64,000 bases of DNA from Candidatus Bathyarchaeota archaeon (GCA_963807605.1 CAWECG010000005.1:1-64000), one strand, 5' to 3'. Shown: positions 20,257 to 31,235, counted from the first letter of the stretch. Numbers and translations: made by a program. The notes: generated by a model not told the origin, from the letters alone.

Positions 20257-21465
20257 CTAGGATCCACTTCTGTCGATTGAGAATAAGCCGATATGCTTCA
20301 CATATAATTCACTATAGGGACTTAATGAGAAAACCAGTAAGACGATCCCAGCAGCTGTGGGGTGCTCTCCAGATGGCAGACCCACTCCTCTCATCTGCAG
20401 AGTATCATTTATGGTCCCTTGTCCTTCCACTTGGTAGGACATGTAGCCGACTGCTGAAGACACAATAAATGGTTCTTTGCCCTCGAGTCGATAGAAGGTT
20501 TTTGGCGAAAAGGGCAATCCACTCCACAATATCTTTGCGATATCTCGTGCAACAGAGTCTTCCCCCATAATTGAGCCGGGATATCCTATTCCTCCCCCGA
20601 AAATAACAATCTTGCCCGATCCTTTGGAATCCTGTACAAAAGAGATGGACGAGTATGTTGGACCTTCTTTTGATCTGTAAATGCCGCCTAGGGCAAGGCC
20701 TCCATGTTCAATCAGGATGTCCAGATTCGGGCCCATCCACGCATGACCATAGGATAAAGCTAGACCCTTGGCGAACCCTGTCCAGTTGTCTACAATCGCA
20801 TCTGGCGACGAGAGGTTCCCGTTCCCTAACTCGTAGCCAAGCAATTTCCTTTGTCCGGAGGCGCCGATGAATCCTAATGTGCCGTTTCTATATGCTATCT
20901 CGTATCCGAATTTGTATCCTGCCCAAACCAGAACCCCGCCTCTCTCCAGCCAACTGGAGATTAGTCCACCCGTCGGGTCGTATACAGTATCGGGGAGAGC
21001 CCCTGAAGGGATAATAATGGGATCGTCTACCTCACGTAGTATTTGCTCTTTCAGTTCATCTGCGTCCACGATCTTGCTGGCAATCCCAACCTTTTCTAAC
21101 TCTATTGGAATATGATCTTTTAGACCGATCCACTCTCTCAGCCCAAGTCCTGAAGTAGCGTATCTATCGTCGAAGTAAATGCAGACCATTTTGAAGCCCT
21201 TCAAGGGCACTACGATCGGTACCGCGGCAATTCTGACGGAGCTCTTAAATGGCATCGAGTAATGGAGACTGAACGATGCATTGATATCCAAATTATTGTT
21301 ATTATCTATCTCCGAGCGGACATCATATACTTCTACGTCACCTGAAGCTTTGCTCAACTTCTTGAAATCGACATAATAAAGATAAAACGATTCGAAGATT
21401 AAAAGGCAAAGGATGACAATAGAGATTACAAGAACATCAGGCTTCCTCTGAGCTGCCGTCTTCAT
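20257..21465 (-). CDS. Membrane-anchored extracellular hypothetical protein
   Basis: N-terminal TM; central IIIPSGALP...WLERGGVLVWAG resembles a class I GATase-like fold. Confidence 0.6.
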   Translation of the reverse strand: MKTAAQRKPDVLVISIVILCLLIFESFYLYYVDFKKLSKASGDVEVYDVRSEIDNNNNLDINASFSLHYSMPFKSSVRIAAVPIVVPLKGFKMVCIYFDDRYATSGLGLREWIGLKDHIPIELEKVGIASKIVDADELKEQILREVDDPIIIPSGALPDTVYDPTGGLISSWLERGGVLVWAGYKFGYEIAYRNGTLGFIGASGQRKLLGYELGNGNLSSPDAIVDNWTGFAKGLALSYGHAWMGPNLDILIEHGGLALGGIYRSKEGPTYSSISFVQDSKGSGKIVIFGGGIGYPGSIMGEDSVARDIAKILWSGLPFSPKTFYRLEGKEPFIVSSAVGYMSYQVEGQGTINDTLQMRGVGLPSGEHPTAAGIVLLVFSLSPYSELYVKHIGLFSIDRSGS

Positions 21466-21540
21466 GAAGATGTCTCCAAACCTAACCTATTAATCTACGA
21501 ACAGCCGCAAAGATTACACCCTCGGACCTGAGGATAAAAG

Positions 21541-22953
21541 ATGTTCAGCTCGCATGGTTATCCGACGCGCGTCCTATTGATTGGATTGACCGTGAGGCTG
21601 TTACTCGCCCCTTTCTTCGTTCAATCTTATGATTTTGTTCATCTCTACTACTCCGCGTTTGACATCGTGAAGGGCATCAACCCATATGTTGTATACGATT
21701 TCGCCTACCCGCCTGTCATGCTGTACGTATTGTCTTTCCTAACCATCATCTACTTTAGAGCTGGCTTATTCTTGGAGAATTTAGGTTGGCCTTCTGCAAT
21801 AGATTGGCCGCCTTCACTGTTCAAAGCTGCGTTCATCTCGACTCCACTTATCGGGTTCGATGTCCCCCCACCTTTATTTAATCTTGTCTTCAAGATCCCG
21901 ATTTTAGTGGCAGACACGGCGGTTGCAATACTTCTCTACAAGATCTGCTACATGCAAATGATGGACATAGGTCTTGCCAAGAAATCCATGCTGCTATGGT
22001 ATCTTAACCCTCTCACAATCTGGATGAGTTCAATACATGGCGCCTTCGATTCGGTAGCTGTTTTTTTTGCACTATTTGCATTCTACCTTCTAATCAGGAA
22101 CCGATACTGTCTCGGCGCTTTCTCCCTCGGCATAGGTACTCTAACTAAGTTGTACCCCGCTTTCATCATTCCGGTAGCCTTTTCTTGGAGTCTCAGAGCC
22201 AAGCGCGCTTATTTGTTCGCGGCAGGTTTGGCAACTTCTCTTATTATCTGCCTAGCTCCACTTTTCATGACCGACAGTAAGTCTTTCTACTACGTTCTTT
22301 TTGGAACACGAAGTTCCACTCTTTTCGTGGGCGGCCTCAATCCATGGGGGGTAAAATACCTATATCAACCAATAGAGTTGTGGACATCTGCTAATCCACA
22401 GGCAATCTTTCTGACAATGAGTTTCCTTCTTGGATTCTCAATTCTACTGATCTGTATGAGAGCATGGAGAAAACCTCCCAAACAGAACATTGTCGAGATG
22501 AATCATTTTGTATTGGCGTCGTTGGCGGCGGTATACATTTTTTCTCCCGTAATAATCCAGGCACAGTACGCACTTTGGGCACTTCCCTTTCTAATAATAA
22601 ACTGCATGCCCTTCTACAGTAACCATTCATCTTCCTATGCACTCAAGATTCAGACTTTCGCATCGAGGTTCAAGTTCACTATACAACACAAGTTCTCATA
22701 CGTATTCTACCTTCACTTATTCTGGATGTCAGCCTTAGCCTTCGAAATCTCTCTGCAGGCTTTTTCTGTGGCCCTCCCAATTGTTCTGAGGACGGGCTTT
22801 TCAATGGATTTCTTCTCTGCGGTAATGGAATACTGGGTTGTCCATTCTGTCTACATTAGAGCGCTCATCTTCTTCTTGTCAGCCATGTTCTTTACAATCT
22901 CTTACCTCATTGCCCTGACGGCACCAAGACAATATCCATATTCAGCGAATTAG
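21541..22953 (+). CDS. GT-C membrane glycosyltransferase (GT87/PIG-M-like)
   Basis: RLLLAPF, YD, FAYPP, KIPILVAD, WYLNP, HGAFD, TKLYP, QYALWALP. Confidence 0.8.
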   Translation: MFSSHGYPTRVLLIGLTVRLLLAPFFVQSYDFVHLYYSAFDIVKGINPYVVYDFAYPPVMLYVLSFLTIIYFRAGLFLENLGWPSAIDWPPSLFKAAFISTPLIGFDVPPPLFNLVFKIPILVADTAVAILLYKICYMQMMDIGLAKKSMLLWYLNPLTIWMSSIHGAFDSVAVFFALFAFYLLIRNRYCLGAFSLGIGTLTKLYPAFIIPVAFSWSLRAKRAYLFAAGLATSLIICLAPLFMTDSKSFYYVLFGTRSSTLFVGGLNPWGVKYLYQPIELWTSANPQAIFLTMSFLLGFSILLICMRAWRKPPKQNIVEMNHFVLASLAAVYIFSPVIIQAQYALWALPFLIINCMPFYSNHSSSYALKIQTFASRFKFTIQHKFSYVFYLHLFWMSALAFEISLQAFSVALPIVLRTGFSMDFFSAVMEYWVVHSVYIRALIFFLSAMFFTISYLIALTAPRQYPYSAN

Positions 22954-23089
22954 TGTACAATCGTTAGGTCTAGAGCCTAGACCAGACAAACCTGTCTCAA
23001 AAGCTCTAATCAAATGCGCTTAGGTGGACGGCCCTTTTTTAGATCCGGCAGAATAGCGTCCACTCAATTTAAATTCTGCATACAAAACA

Positions 23090-24199
23090 TTGTACCGACC
23101 ACGATACACAGAGCGAGCTATTTTGGTCGAAGCTGCCCCTAGAGTTGCGGTCATCGTAATCAACTATAATGGAAAGAGGTGGCTGGATCGATGCTTGGGC
23201 AGTCTGGCAAAGACGAATTATCCGAATTACTCCGTATATCTGGTTGATAATGCAAGCACAGATGGATCTGTCAATCACGTCCGAGCAAGTTTCCCTTGGG
23301 TCAAGATTATTCAACTCCAGAAGAACTTCGGTTTCGCGAGAGGCTACAATCTCGCGATGAAGTATGTCGAGGCGGAGTATGTTGCTCTTTTGAACAATGA
23401 CACCGAGATCCTAGAACCGAATTGGCTAGGGATAATGGTGAGCGTAGCCGAGAAAGATAGCCTAGTTGGCGCAATAGCATGCAAGATTGTATTCCTTTCA
23501 AATCCAGCTATACTGAACTCTGTGGGAGGTTTCGGCATACCATATTGGCGCGGTACAGCCGACTTAGGCTATGGCGAGATAGATCAGGGGCAGTTCGATA
23601 ACCCACCGATCGAGCCTTTCTCTTTTTGTGGTGGAGCCGCCCTGATCCGGCTGGGCCTCTTCCGTGAAGCTGAGGGCTTCGACGAATCCTTTTTCGCTTT
23701 CTTTGAGGACACCGATTTCTCTTGGAGACTTCGAATTAGAGGTTATCGAATTGTTTATGTTCCAGGCGCCAAGGTTGCTCACTACTCTTCTGGGACTTGG
23801 TCGAATGAGACGGAGAAGACGTATCTCTGCAAGAGGAATTTGTTTCGGTCAATTCTAAAGAATTGTAGCAGAGACGTCCTGTTACGCTGGGCCCTTCCGT
23901 ATTATCTGCTATTCACGATCATGGCTTCAATATCTTACCTGATTGTCGAACATGCCCCACTGATGTCATTGGCACTTTTGAAGAACATTCTGTGGAATGT
24001 TTGGCACTTGAAGACCACTTATAGGAAACGAAAGCTGATACAAATGGCTCGTGAGATTGAAGATGAAATGATCCTTGTGGCAATGTACCCGCCTAGACTG
24101 TTACGAAGTCCTAGACGTGATTCCCTTGAATCCCTTCTAGGAGATACTATATTCGGCATACCGCCCAAACATTGGGCACCTCTGTCACAGACCCGCTAA
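23090..24199 (+). CDS. GT2 glycosyltransferase (WbbL-like)
   Basis: VIVINYNG, VDNASTDGS, NFGFARGYN, LLNNDT, FFAFFEDTDFSWR. Paralog of 25904-27019. Confidence 0.92.
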   Translation: MYRPRYTERAILVEAAPRVAVIVINYNGKRWLDRCLGSLAKTNYPNYSVYLVDNASTDGSVNHVRASFPWVKIIQLQKNFGFARGYNLAMKYVEAEYVALLNNDTEILEPNWLGIMVSVAEKDSLVGAIACKIVFLSNPAILNSVGGFGIPYWRGTADLGYGEIDQGQFDNPPIEPFSFCGGAALIRLGLFREAEGFDESFFAFFEDTDFSWRLRIRGYRIVYVPGAKVAHYSSGTWSNETEKTYLCKRNLFRSILKNCSRDVLLRWALPYYLLFTIMASISYLIVEHAPLMSLALLKNILWNVWHLKTTYRKRKLIQMAREIEDEMILVAMYPPRLLRSPRRDSLESLLGDTIFGIPPKHWAPLSQTR

Positions 24200-24455
24200 G
24201 TGAGCGCTTTTTTCTCAACTAACTAAAATAGGGAGGGTAATAATGTGAATGACTGTTGAAAAGGTAATGTTTTGATCTCACTGCTGGGTTATAATTGGAA
24301 TGGAAAGTATCCCATCTAAGATGTATGTACTAGCGCGCGCTTACATTTTGGTGTGTTTCCAATGGAAGCGCAGGCGCAGTCGAACGAACTCAACGGGAAC
24401 AACTAGCAAATCAGAAGACGATTAGGGTGCGGGTACTCGATGGCATCCGTCTTCT

Positions 24456-25424
24456 TTACGTGTTCAGTCTCTTACTCTCTTTCCATTCCACAAACCTTCT
24501 GAGTCCCTCTTTTAGGGAGAACTTGGGTTGGTAACCTAACACCCTCTTCGCTTTGGTTATGTCCCCGCAACTGTGCCTAACATCCCCACGTCTAGGCTCA
24601 TCATGGTTCGGTTTAACCCGCGTTACATTCATTACATCCATCAACGTTTCCGTCAACTGATTTATCGTTGCAGCGAGTCCGGTTCCCACGTTGATCACCT
24701 CTCCGGGAGCCTCTTTAGATACTGAAGCAAGAACCTGCGCTTCAACAACGTCTTCTACATACGCAAAGTCCCTTGTCTGTTCACCATCACCATGGATGAT
24801 AGGCGGTTCGCTTCTAAACAGCCTATCAACAAGCTTCGCTATGACTCCACTGTACTCTCCGGACACCTGCCTGGGACCGTAGACGTTAAAGAGACGAAGA
24901 GAGACCGTTCCGAGGCCGTAAACCTCATGGAACGCCTTGCAATATGCTTCAGCTGAAGCTTTGGAAGCGGCATAAGGAGAAAGAGGGGAAGATGGTAAGC
25001 CCTCATGCTGAGGCGTAACATTGGAATCTCCGTAGACTGCACATGAAGAAGCAAGAATGAATCTTCCAAGATTTGAGTTGAGGCTAGCCTCTAGCAGATT
25101 CAATGTGCCATTTACATTCACGTCGTGAACAGATTTAGGATCCTTAACGGACAGGGGGACTTCTATGATAGCCGCCTGGTGAAAGACGACATCGACCTCC
25201 TTGATCAGGTGTCGAACTAACTTGGGATCCCTTATGTCGCCTTTCACGAAATGAAAACTCTTCTTCCCGACATATGCTGAAAGATTTTCTTCTCTTCCAG
25301 AAACAAGATTGTCAAGAACTGTAATCTCGAGATCGTTCCTGATCAGCCTATCAACTATGTGACTGCCGATAAAGCCTGCACCGCCAGTCACTAGAGCTGT
25401 CGAATAACCCCTAGACAAAGACAA
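24456..25424 (-). CDS. NAD-dependent nucleotide-sugar epimerase/dehydratase (GalE/WbpP-like)
   Basis: TGGAGFIGSH, SSCAVYG, YAASK, FNVYGP, GDGEQTRDF. Confidence 0.93.
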   Translation of the reverse strand: MSLSRGYSTALVTGGAGFIGSHIVDRLIRNDLEITVLDNLVSGREENLSAYVGKKSFHFVKGDIRDPKLVRHLIKEVDVVFHQAAIIEVPLSVKDPKSVHDVNVNGTLNLLEASLNSNLGRFILASSCAVYGDSNVTPQHEGLPSSPLSPYAASKASAEAYCKAFHEVYGLGTVSLRLFNVYGPRQVSGEYSGVIAKLVDRLFRSEPPIIHGDGEQTRDFAYVEDVVEAQVLASVSKEAPGEVINVGTGLAATINQLTETLMDVMNVTRVKPNHDEPRRGDVRHSCGDITKAKRVLGYQPKFSLKEGLRRFVEWKESKRLNT

Positions 25425-25479
25425 TAATCCCCTTCCAAAGCACCAATCAAACCAGTTCGGGAACCATGATTACACCAAT

Positions 25480-25900
25480 TCAGAGGCTCATGAACGCGTT
25501 TTCGCCAGCCATCAGCTTTTATCCTTTAGGCAAATTTGTATCCGCAGAACAATCTTGGAATTGGTGCCTATCAGACTGTCGACTATTTGCTTCCCACATT
25601 GAATGATTGAGTTATCCAGGACTATTGTATTCTCTATCTCGCCGCCGTCAATGACAACATTGTCAACGATGGATGTGTAACGTCCGATATATGTTCCAGC
25701 GCCGATCTCGCAATTCTTACCTATAATCTCAGGGCTTCTAACGCAACATCCTTTAGGAATCACTGTTCCCTCACAAACGCCAACCCTGCCCATTATGGTC
25801 ATCTCAGCCTCAACCTTACCCCTATTGAACAGCTCCAGCTCTGATAGAACAAGCTGGTTTGCTTCGCGCGCTAAAAGACTGAGCGGTTTACCAAGAAAGG
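25480..25900 (-). pseudogene. C-terminal fragment of long-form glucose-1-phosphate thymidylyltransferase
   Basis: GKP...EANQLVL, IGAGTYIGRYTSI, EIENTIVL, IVDSLIG. Parallels the gene at 63688+, but has no N-terminal domain and a frameshifted tail. Confidence 0.75.
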
Positions 25901-25903
25901 TGT

Positions 25904-27019
25904 CTATGTCGACAAACCTTTGCGCCCAATGTTCCTCCATATCACCATCTCCAAGAAAGCCTCTCTTAAACCACTCATAAAAGAGGTATTGGCGCACGCT
26001 AGTATGCGCCGTAGGTAAACGTGTTCAGAAGGCTCACACTTCTTAATGGGCAGGTACATGCTGGAAAGTATCTCCTCCTCGCTAGTAACTCTACTGGCCT
26101 GCACTCTTAGCCGCCAAGCATATGTATACCTGAAATTGAGCAGATTCCACAGGATCGCTCTTGCGACCACGATCGCCTTCCTAGGCTCATAGATTAAGAA
26201 GCCTGCAGCGGCTATTAGGCTCAAAAGAAAATAGCTGTTTAGAGCCCAAGGGAGTGAGGAGCCGCAATTTTTGAGGATCGCAGTCAAAAGATGTCTATGA
26301 CAATAGTAGAGCCTACGTGTGTTCACGGTCTTATCTCCGAATGTACCAGAGAAATAGTGGGCAACCTTGGCTTCAGGTGCAAAAGCTACACAATATCCTA
26401 AGAGTCTCAGCCGCCAACACAATTCGGGTTCTTCACTAAAAAGGAAGAACCTGCCATCAAAGCCTCCAACCTTTACAAAGATGTTCCTCCTGATCAGGGC
26501 AGCCGCCCCACAGAATGAGAAAGGTTCGAAACTCCCAGAGTCATACTGCCTTTGGTCAAGCTCTTTTCGCCCTATGTCAACGAAGCCTCTCCAGAAGGGT
26601 ATTCCCATTCCCCCAACTGAGTCCAGTCGTGAGTGATCCTCCATTGAGACCAACTTGGAAGCGACAGCAGCGATTCTTGAATCTGCTGTAGCGGCATCAA
26701 CTAAACACTTAACCCAACTCGTATTCAAAACCTGAGTGTCAGTATTCATTAGCAGAACATAATCAGCCTCAACCTTCTCTATTGCTCTGTCATATCCCTC
26801 TGCATAACCCAAGTTCCTTCCGTAGCGGATTATCTTAACCCCTGGAAAACGTTTCTGAACATAATCCACAGATTCATCGGTACTCCCATTATCCACCAAG
26901 TAAATGTCTAGGTTTGGATAATCAGTATTAGCGATGCTTGATAGACAGTTGGGTAGCCACCTCAATCCATTATAGTTAAGTACCATCACTGCAACACGCA
27001 CGCATGCTCCACCAACCAA
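25904..27019 (-). CDS. GT2 glycosyltransferase (WbbL-like); extreme C-terminus possibly disrupted
   Basis: VMVLNYNG, VDNGSTD, NLGYAEGY, SFCGAAALIR. Close paralog of 23090-24199. Confidence 0.88.
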   Translation of the reverse strand: MVGGACVRVAVMVLNYNGLRWLPNCLSSIANTDYPNLDIYLVDNGSTDESVDYVQKRFPGVKIIRYGRNLGYAEGYDRAIEKVEADYVLLMNTDTQVLNTSWVKCLVDAATADSRIAAVASKLVSMEDHSRLDSVGGMGIPFWRGFVDIGRKELDQRQYDSGSFEPFSFCGAAALIRRNIFVKVGGFDGRFFLFSEEPELCWRLRLLGYCVAFAPEAKVAHYFSGTFGDKTVNTRRLYYCHRHLLTAILKNCGSSLPWALNSYFLLSLIAAAGFLIYEPRKAIVVARAILWNLLNFRYTYAWRLRVQASRVTSEEEILSSMYLPIKKCEPSEHVYLRRILACANTSFMSGLREAFLEMVIWRNIGRKGLST

Positions 27020-27188
27020 AGACCCTCCAATCAGGTTCAGTCACCTACTCAATATTCGGATTATGGGAACCGCCCGCCGGCGTTGCCAATATGATGCCAA
27101 TCTTCCACCAACCTTCCATTGTGAGTATAGAAGCCTTTCTGAATCATGGACCCCAGCGCGCGTAATCCTCCCTCCCTCAGCGCACGCT

Positions 27189-27349
27189 CCTTCCATTGTA
27201 GTTGATGACAACTACAGCGACTTCTGCAATCTTGGTCAATTTGCCTCTCTCTGCACCCGGGTTGTCTCAGGGTTCAAGCGCTGTGCGATATTTAATGGAA
27301 GTTTGGGTAGCCTATACTGATATTGTTATTTCATTCTTTCCACCTGACC
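27189..27349. repeat. About 160-bp dispersed repeat, copy 1 (upstream region and N-terminus of a GT2 gene on the - strand)
   Basis: Closely similar to 31175-31334; encodes EVAVVVINYNGR on the - strand. Confidence 0.85.
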
Positions 27350-27539
27350 ATGTGAGAGGACCTAGACCGAGTCGTTAAAACGATGGTTGATGGTTCTTCC
27401 GTTCTTGGATAGGGAGTCACCATTAAGGACAGGGCTAAGTGAGCCCCGCCTTGGAACCTCCCCATTTGCGCGACCTTTTGCCCATGAATGTTGAAGGCCT
27501 GATCGCTCACCTGATAAGCGCTGTATTCCGTAATTGGCT

Positions 27540-27735
27540 ACATGAAGAATTTAAACTCAGGGAGGATCATGTCAAGAACATAGAAGAATTGCTGCAATTC
27601 AGAAACGTAGAGATCCAAGAGATCCACAAAAGCATAAGTTGGCAGATCCTGAGAAAGTACGAGAATTTTCTACACAAATTATTCCCTTTAGGCACTAGGA
27701 GAAGACATTACTATGAACTGATACTCGGAGGCCTC
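27540..27735 (+). pseudogene. Orphan fragment of the coiled-coil/linker of a WsaE-like glycosyltransferase
   Basis: EIQEIHKSISWQILRKY...FPLGTRRRHYYELIL resembles EIEGSLGWQLILGY...LPPKSLRRRILEML in 34123-37128. Confidence 0.6.
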
Positions 27736-27868
27736 AGATCGGGTCCAAGCCCTTTAGAAAGAGCGCTTGATCAAAATAAGAAGACCGACAATATACATTT
27801 AAGTGAAAATCGCGACCAACATTCGAGTTCTGAATGATATCGAGGAGTAGAATAGAGGATCTATCTGC

Positions 27869-30844
27869 ATGAGATCTGGATTGAATCGAAGACTCCCATT
27901 TGATATGTTCCAGAGGTACATGCTTACAAAGGAGATCATCGATGCCGTCAAGGGAATTCGAAACGCGGCTATCTTGGATGTCGGCGGTCATCCAGGCGTC
28001 ATTTCAGACTTTTTGCCCATGGATGAAACGTACGTTATAGACTTGAAGGTTTGCAGGAAGAGAAATTTCATAAGAGCCGACTGTCAATTCTTGCCCTTTA
28101 GGAGCAGAGTTTTCGATGCCGTTACCAGCATCGATGTTTTGGATCATCTTCCTAAAGGAAAACGTCTTCCAGTTCTGTACGAACTACTTAGAGTGAGCAG
28201 ACGCTTCGTAGCCATAGCCGCCCCTTTTGATTCGGAAGACGTGAGAAGGGCAGAAGATACTCTCTACGACTACGTCGTGAATGTGCTTAGACGAGAGGAC
28301 GAGAATCTCAGGGAGCACGCCATGTATGGCCTTCCGAATCTAAATGAGCTCCGAAATTTCCTCGATTCCCAGAAGCTAGTTCATTTGGAGTTCTCAAACG
28401 GTTTCTTGAGCAGCTGGCTTCCAATGCAAATGTTGAACTTTCGCATCTCAAGTCCAGAAGTCTATCAACGGGTGAACCAACTTTACAACTTTGCATTCTA
28501 CCAGTACGACAATCTAGAACCCTCCTATCGAAAAATCATATTGATCGACAAAATTTCTAAGGACTCAACAGAACTTTCAGCTAGGACTGAGTCCATTAAG
28601 AAGAGAGAACTGGAAGACCGCTCATCGGAGAAACTCGAGCTCCTTCAGCGCGCACGCGCTAAGCTTGCCCTGGCTCTGGGCATCGCTCTGGATGAAGGTT
28701 TGCAGGGCCTATTTCGAAAGACCGTCGATCATTATGTTAAGCGACGTAAGCAATTCTTTGAGCTTGATCGTGATGAACAGTATCAGATATGGCTAAAGAA
28801 CAATGACTTGACTGAAAAGAAAGTTCTTGAAATGCAGCAGGAAATTTCAAAGCTGAGTTTCAAACCGAAGATCAGTATTGTTATGCCTGTCTACAATACG
28901 AGTGAAGAATGGCTCAAATTAGCGATAGAATCCGTTTCAAATCAATCCTATCCCAACTTGGAACTCTGCATAGTTGATGATGCCTCAACAAATGCATATG
29001 TCAGGAAGATTCTCAAGTCTTATGGCGCAAGGGATAACAGAATCAAGGTTAGATTTCTGGAAAAAAATCTCGGGATCTCTGGGGCGTCGAACGAAGCCTT
29101 AGCGATGGCTAGTGGGGATTTTGTGGGATTTTTGGACCATGATGATGAGCTTACAAAGGATGCCCTGTTTGAGGTTGTCAAGGTTCTTGATCAGAATCCG
29201 AAATTGGATTTGATCTATAGTGATGAAGATAAGAAGGATTTGAATGACCGCAGGGTTGAGCCCTTCTTCAAGCCTGATTGGTCCCCAGACCTTTTGCTGT
29301 CTATGAACTACTTATGCCATTTCAATGTGATAAGAAAGAGCTTGATAGATGAGGTTGGCGGTTTCCGCTTGGGCTTCGAGGGTAGCCAAGATTATGATCT
29401 GTTCTTGAGGGTTACGGAGTTGACCGATAAGATTGCGCACCTTCCAAGACCTCTCTACAGCTGGCGTAAAGTTCGCGGCTCCGCTGCAGCCTCGACGGAG
29501 GCGAAGCCATACGCTCGGGAGGCTTCAAAGAAGGCCTTACGCGAGGCTATTAATAGGCGTGGGCTGTCCGGAGAAGTAACAGACGGCTTTGGCGGTCACT
29601 ACCACATTCAATACTCAATCAGAGGCACACCCCTAGTGAGCATCATAATACCGACAAAGGACCGGCTTGATCTATTGAATCGTTGCATAGAGAGCATCGA
29701 GTCAAACACATTTTACAAGAACTACGAGATAGTCATCGTTGATAACGAAAGCATCGAACCCGCTACCCTTGACTATCTTAAATCTCAACCTCATACCGTC
29801 GTAAGGTTTGAGGGCCCCTTCAACTTCTCAAAGATCAATAATTTCGGTGCTAAGCATGCTAAAGGTGAACATCTACTTTTCTTGAATAATGATGTTGAGG
29901 TTGTTGATGGGGATTGGCTGGGCGCAATGCTTGAGCACTCACAGCGTACTGAGGTCGGAATAGTTGGGGGGCTCCTGCTATATCCTAGTGATGAAACCGT
30001 GCATGCTCCAAGCACAATTCAGCATGCAGGAGTGATCGTAGGGGTTGGAGGAGTGGCTGGGCACGCATTCAAGTACAAGCTGGCAGACGACTCTCAATAC
30101 TTCGATCTACACAGGGTCATTCGAAATTGCAGTGCAGTGACGGCCGCCTGTGCAATGATGAAGCGAAACGTATTCGAGGAGGTTGGCGGGTTCGATGAGA
30201 ATCTCAAGGTGGCATTCGGCGATATAGACCTCTGTCTACGTGTGAGGGAGAAGGGATACCGAATCGTCTATACACCACACGCCGTGCTGCGCCATCATGA
30301 GAGCGCAACTAGAGGCGAGATGCATCCGTTCGAGGACGAGACCTACATGATAGATCGGTGGAGAAGCTTCTTCATTAGAGGCGATCCTTACTACAACCCC
30401 AACTTGACGCTTCTCAAAGAGGACTATTCTCTTGCATCGAAAGGATCCGTCATCAGACCTCTCTCAGTGCTTTTCGACATTTACTATCTCAGACCAGATT
30501 TACGGAGGATCTGCCCTGAAGCGCGTAATGGTGATTATCAGAGGCTTATCGACTGGGCGGCCACTAGTGGCATAACAGTCGGTGCTGTGAGAGTGGCACT
30601 TCGACCCTACGGTGCCTACTATGCCTCCAATGCTTCTGATGGTGTAAAGCCGCTAGCCGCTTTGATAAATCTCTACAATTATAGGATAGAGCTCCAAAGT
30701 GGGTATCCTGAGGTTTTGAGAGGGGAATTTCGACGCTTGGTCAGCTGGGCAAATGAGGTGATTGCTAAGACTTTTGATGATAAAGCGTATACTGCCTTGA
30801 AGCCATACGAGGCAAGCTACCGTTCACTCATGGAAAGCATATGA
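27869..30844 (+). CDS. Multidomain methyltransferase-GT2-GT2 protein (WsaE/RfbC-like) with two C-terminal RxDL repeats
   Basis: ILDVGG (MT); SIVMPVYN...LDHDD...YSDEDK...FFKPDWSP...GSQDYDL (GT2 no. 1); SIIIPTKD...FNFS...LLFLNND...AVTAAC...GDPYYNPNL (GT2 no. 2). Confidence 0.9.
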   Translation: MRSGLNRRLPFDMFQRYMLTKEIIDAVKGIRNAAILDVGGHPGVISDFLPMDETYVIDLKVCRKRNFIRADCQFLPFRSRVFDAVTSIDVLDHLPKGKRLPVLYELLRVSRRFVAIAAPFDSEDVRRAEDTLYDYVVNVLRREDENLREHAMYGLPNLNELRNFLDSQKLVHLEFSNGFLSSWLPMQMLNFRISSPEVYQRVNQLYNFAFYQYDNLEPSYRKIILIDKISKDSTELSARTESIKKRELEDRSSEKLELLQRARAKLALALGIALDEGLQGLFRKTVDHYVKRRKQFFELDRDEQYQIWLKNNDLTEKKVLEMQQEISKLSFKPKISIVMPVYNTSEEWLKLAIESVSNQSYPNLELCIVDDASTNAYVRKILKSYGARDNRIKVRFLEKNLGISGASNEALAMASGDFVGFLDHDDELTKDALFEVVKVLDQNPKLDLIYSDEDKKDLNDRRVEPFFKPDWSPDLLLSMNYLCHFNVIRKSLIDEVGGFRLGFEGSQDYDLFLRVTELTDKIAHLPRPLYSWRKVRGSAAASTEAKPYAREASKKALREAINRRGLSGEVTDGFGGHYHIQYSIRGTPLVSIIIPTKDRLDLLNRCIESIESNTFYKNYEIVIVDNESIEPATLDYLKSQPHTVVRFEGPFNFSKINNFGAKHAKGEHLLFLNNDVEVVDGDWLGAMLEHSQRTEVGIVGGLLLYPSDETVHAPSTIQHAGVIVGVGGVAGHAFKYKLADDSQYFDLHRVIRNCSAVTAACAMMKRNVFEEVGGFDENLKVAFGDIDLCLRVREKGYRIVYTPHAVLRHHESATRGEMHPFEDETYMIDRWRSFFIRGDPYYNPNLTLLKEDYSLASKGSVIRPLSVLFDIYYLRPDLRRICPEARNGDYQRLIDWAATSGITVGAVRVALRPYGAYYASNASDGVKPLAALINLYNYRIELQSGYPEVLRGEFRRLVSWANEVIAKTFDDKAYTALKPYEASYRSLMESI

Positions 30845-30929
30845 AATTATTTCATTCATCAAAACGTGAGGCCGCTTCTTACGGAAGCGTAAGTTCGCTT
30901 CCTCCTTCCAATGTTAGGGATGCTTAGTT

Positions 30930-31235
30930 CTCATATACTTCGGAAGATGGATACTCACCCGTGCCATCATGTTTTATTATAGTTTTTTGGGACGCCATAA
31001 CCGTAGGACAAGCTCCTACTTGGACTGATTGAGGAGGTTTCTGGAAAATAGCGTGTCGGACAAGAGAATTCTCCAATCCGAAAACCATGCCACAACACTT
31101 GGGCAATGATCTCGTTATCAAAAACGAAGTTGTTAGAATTATCTGCATGGGGTCTTTATCGATGAAGCCACCTCCTTCCATTGTAGTTGATGACAACTAC
31201 AGCGACTTCTGCAATCTTGGACAATTTGCCTCTCT
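30930..31235 (-). pseudogene. Chimeric GT2 remnant (N-terminus of one GT2 joined to C-terminus of a DPM1-like GT2)
   Basis: The - strand reads VAVVVINYNGRRWL, then a stop, then NSNNFVFDNEIIAQVLWHGFRIGEFSCPTRYFPETSSI. Confidence 0.65.

Noticed and set aside
14431-22210. GCGCGCT (14431) and AAGCGCGCTT (22201) inside intact GT-C genes as scars
   Set aside because: No paralog is available to show a junction; they may be ordinary codons, so they were not counted as evidence.
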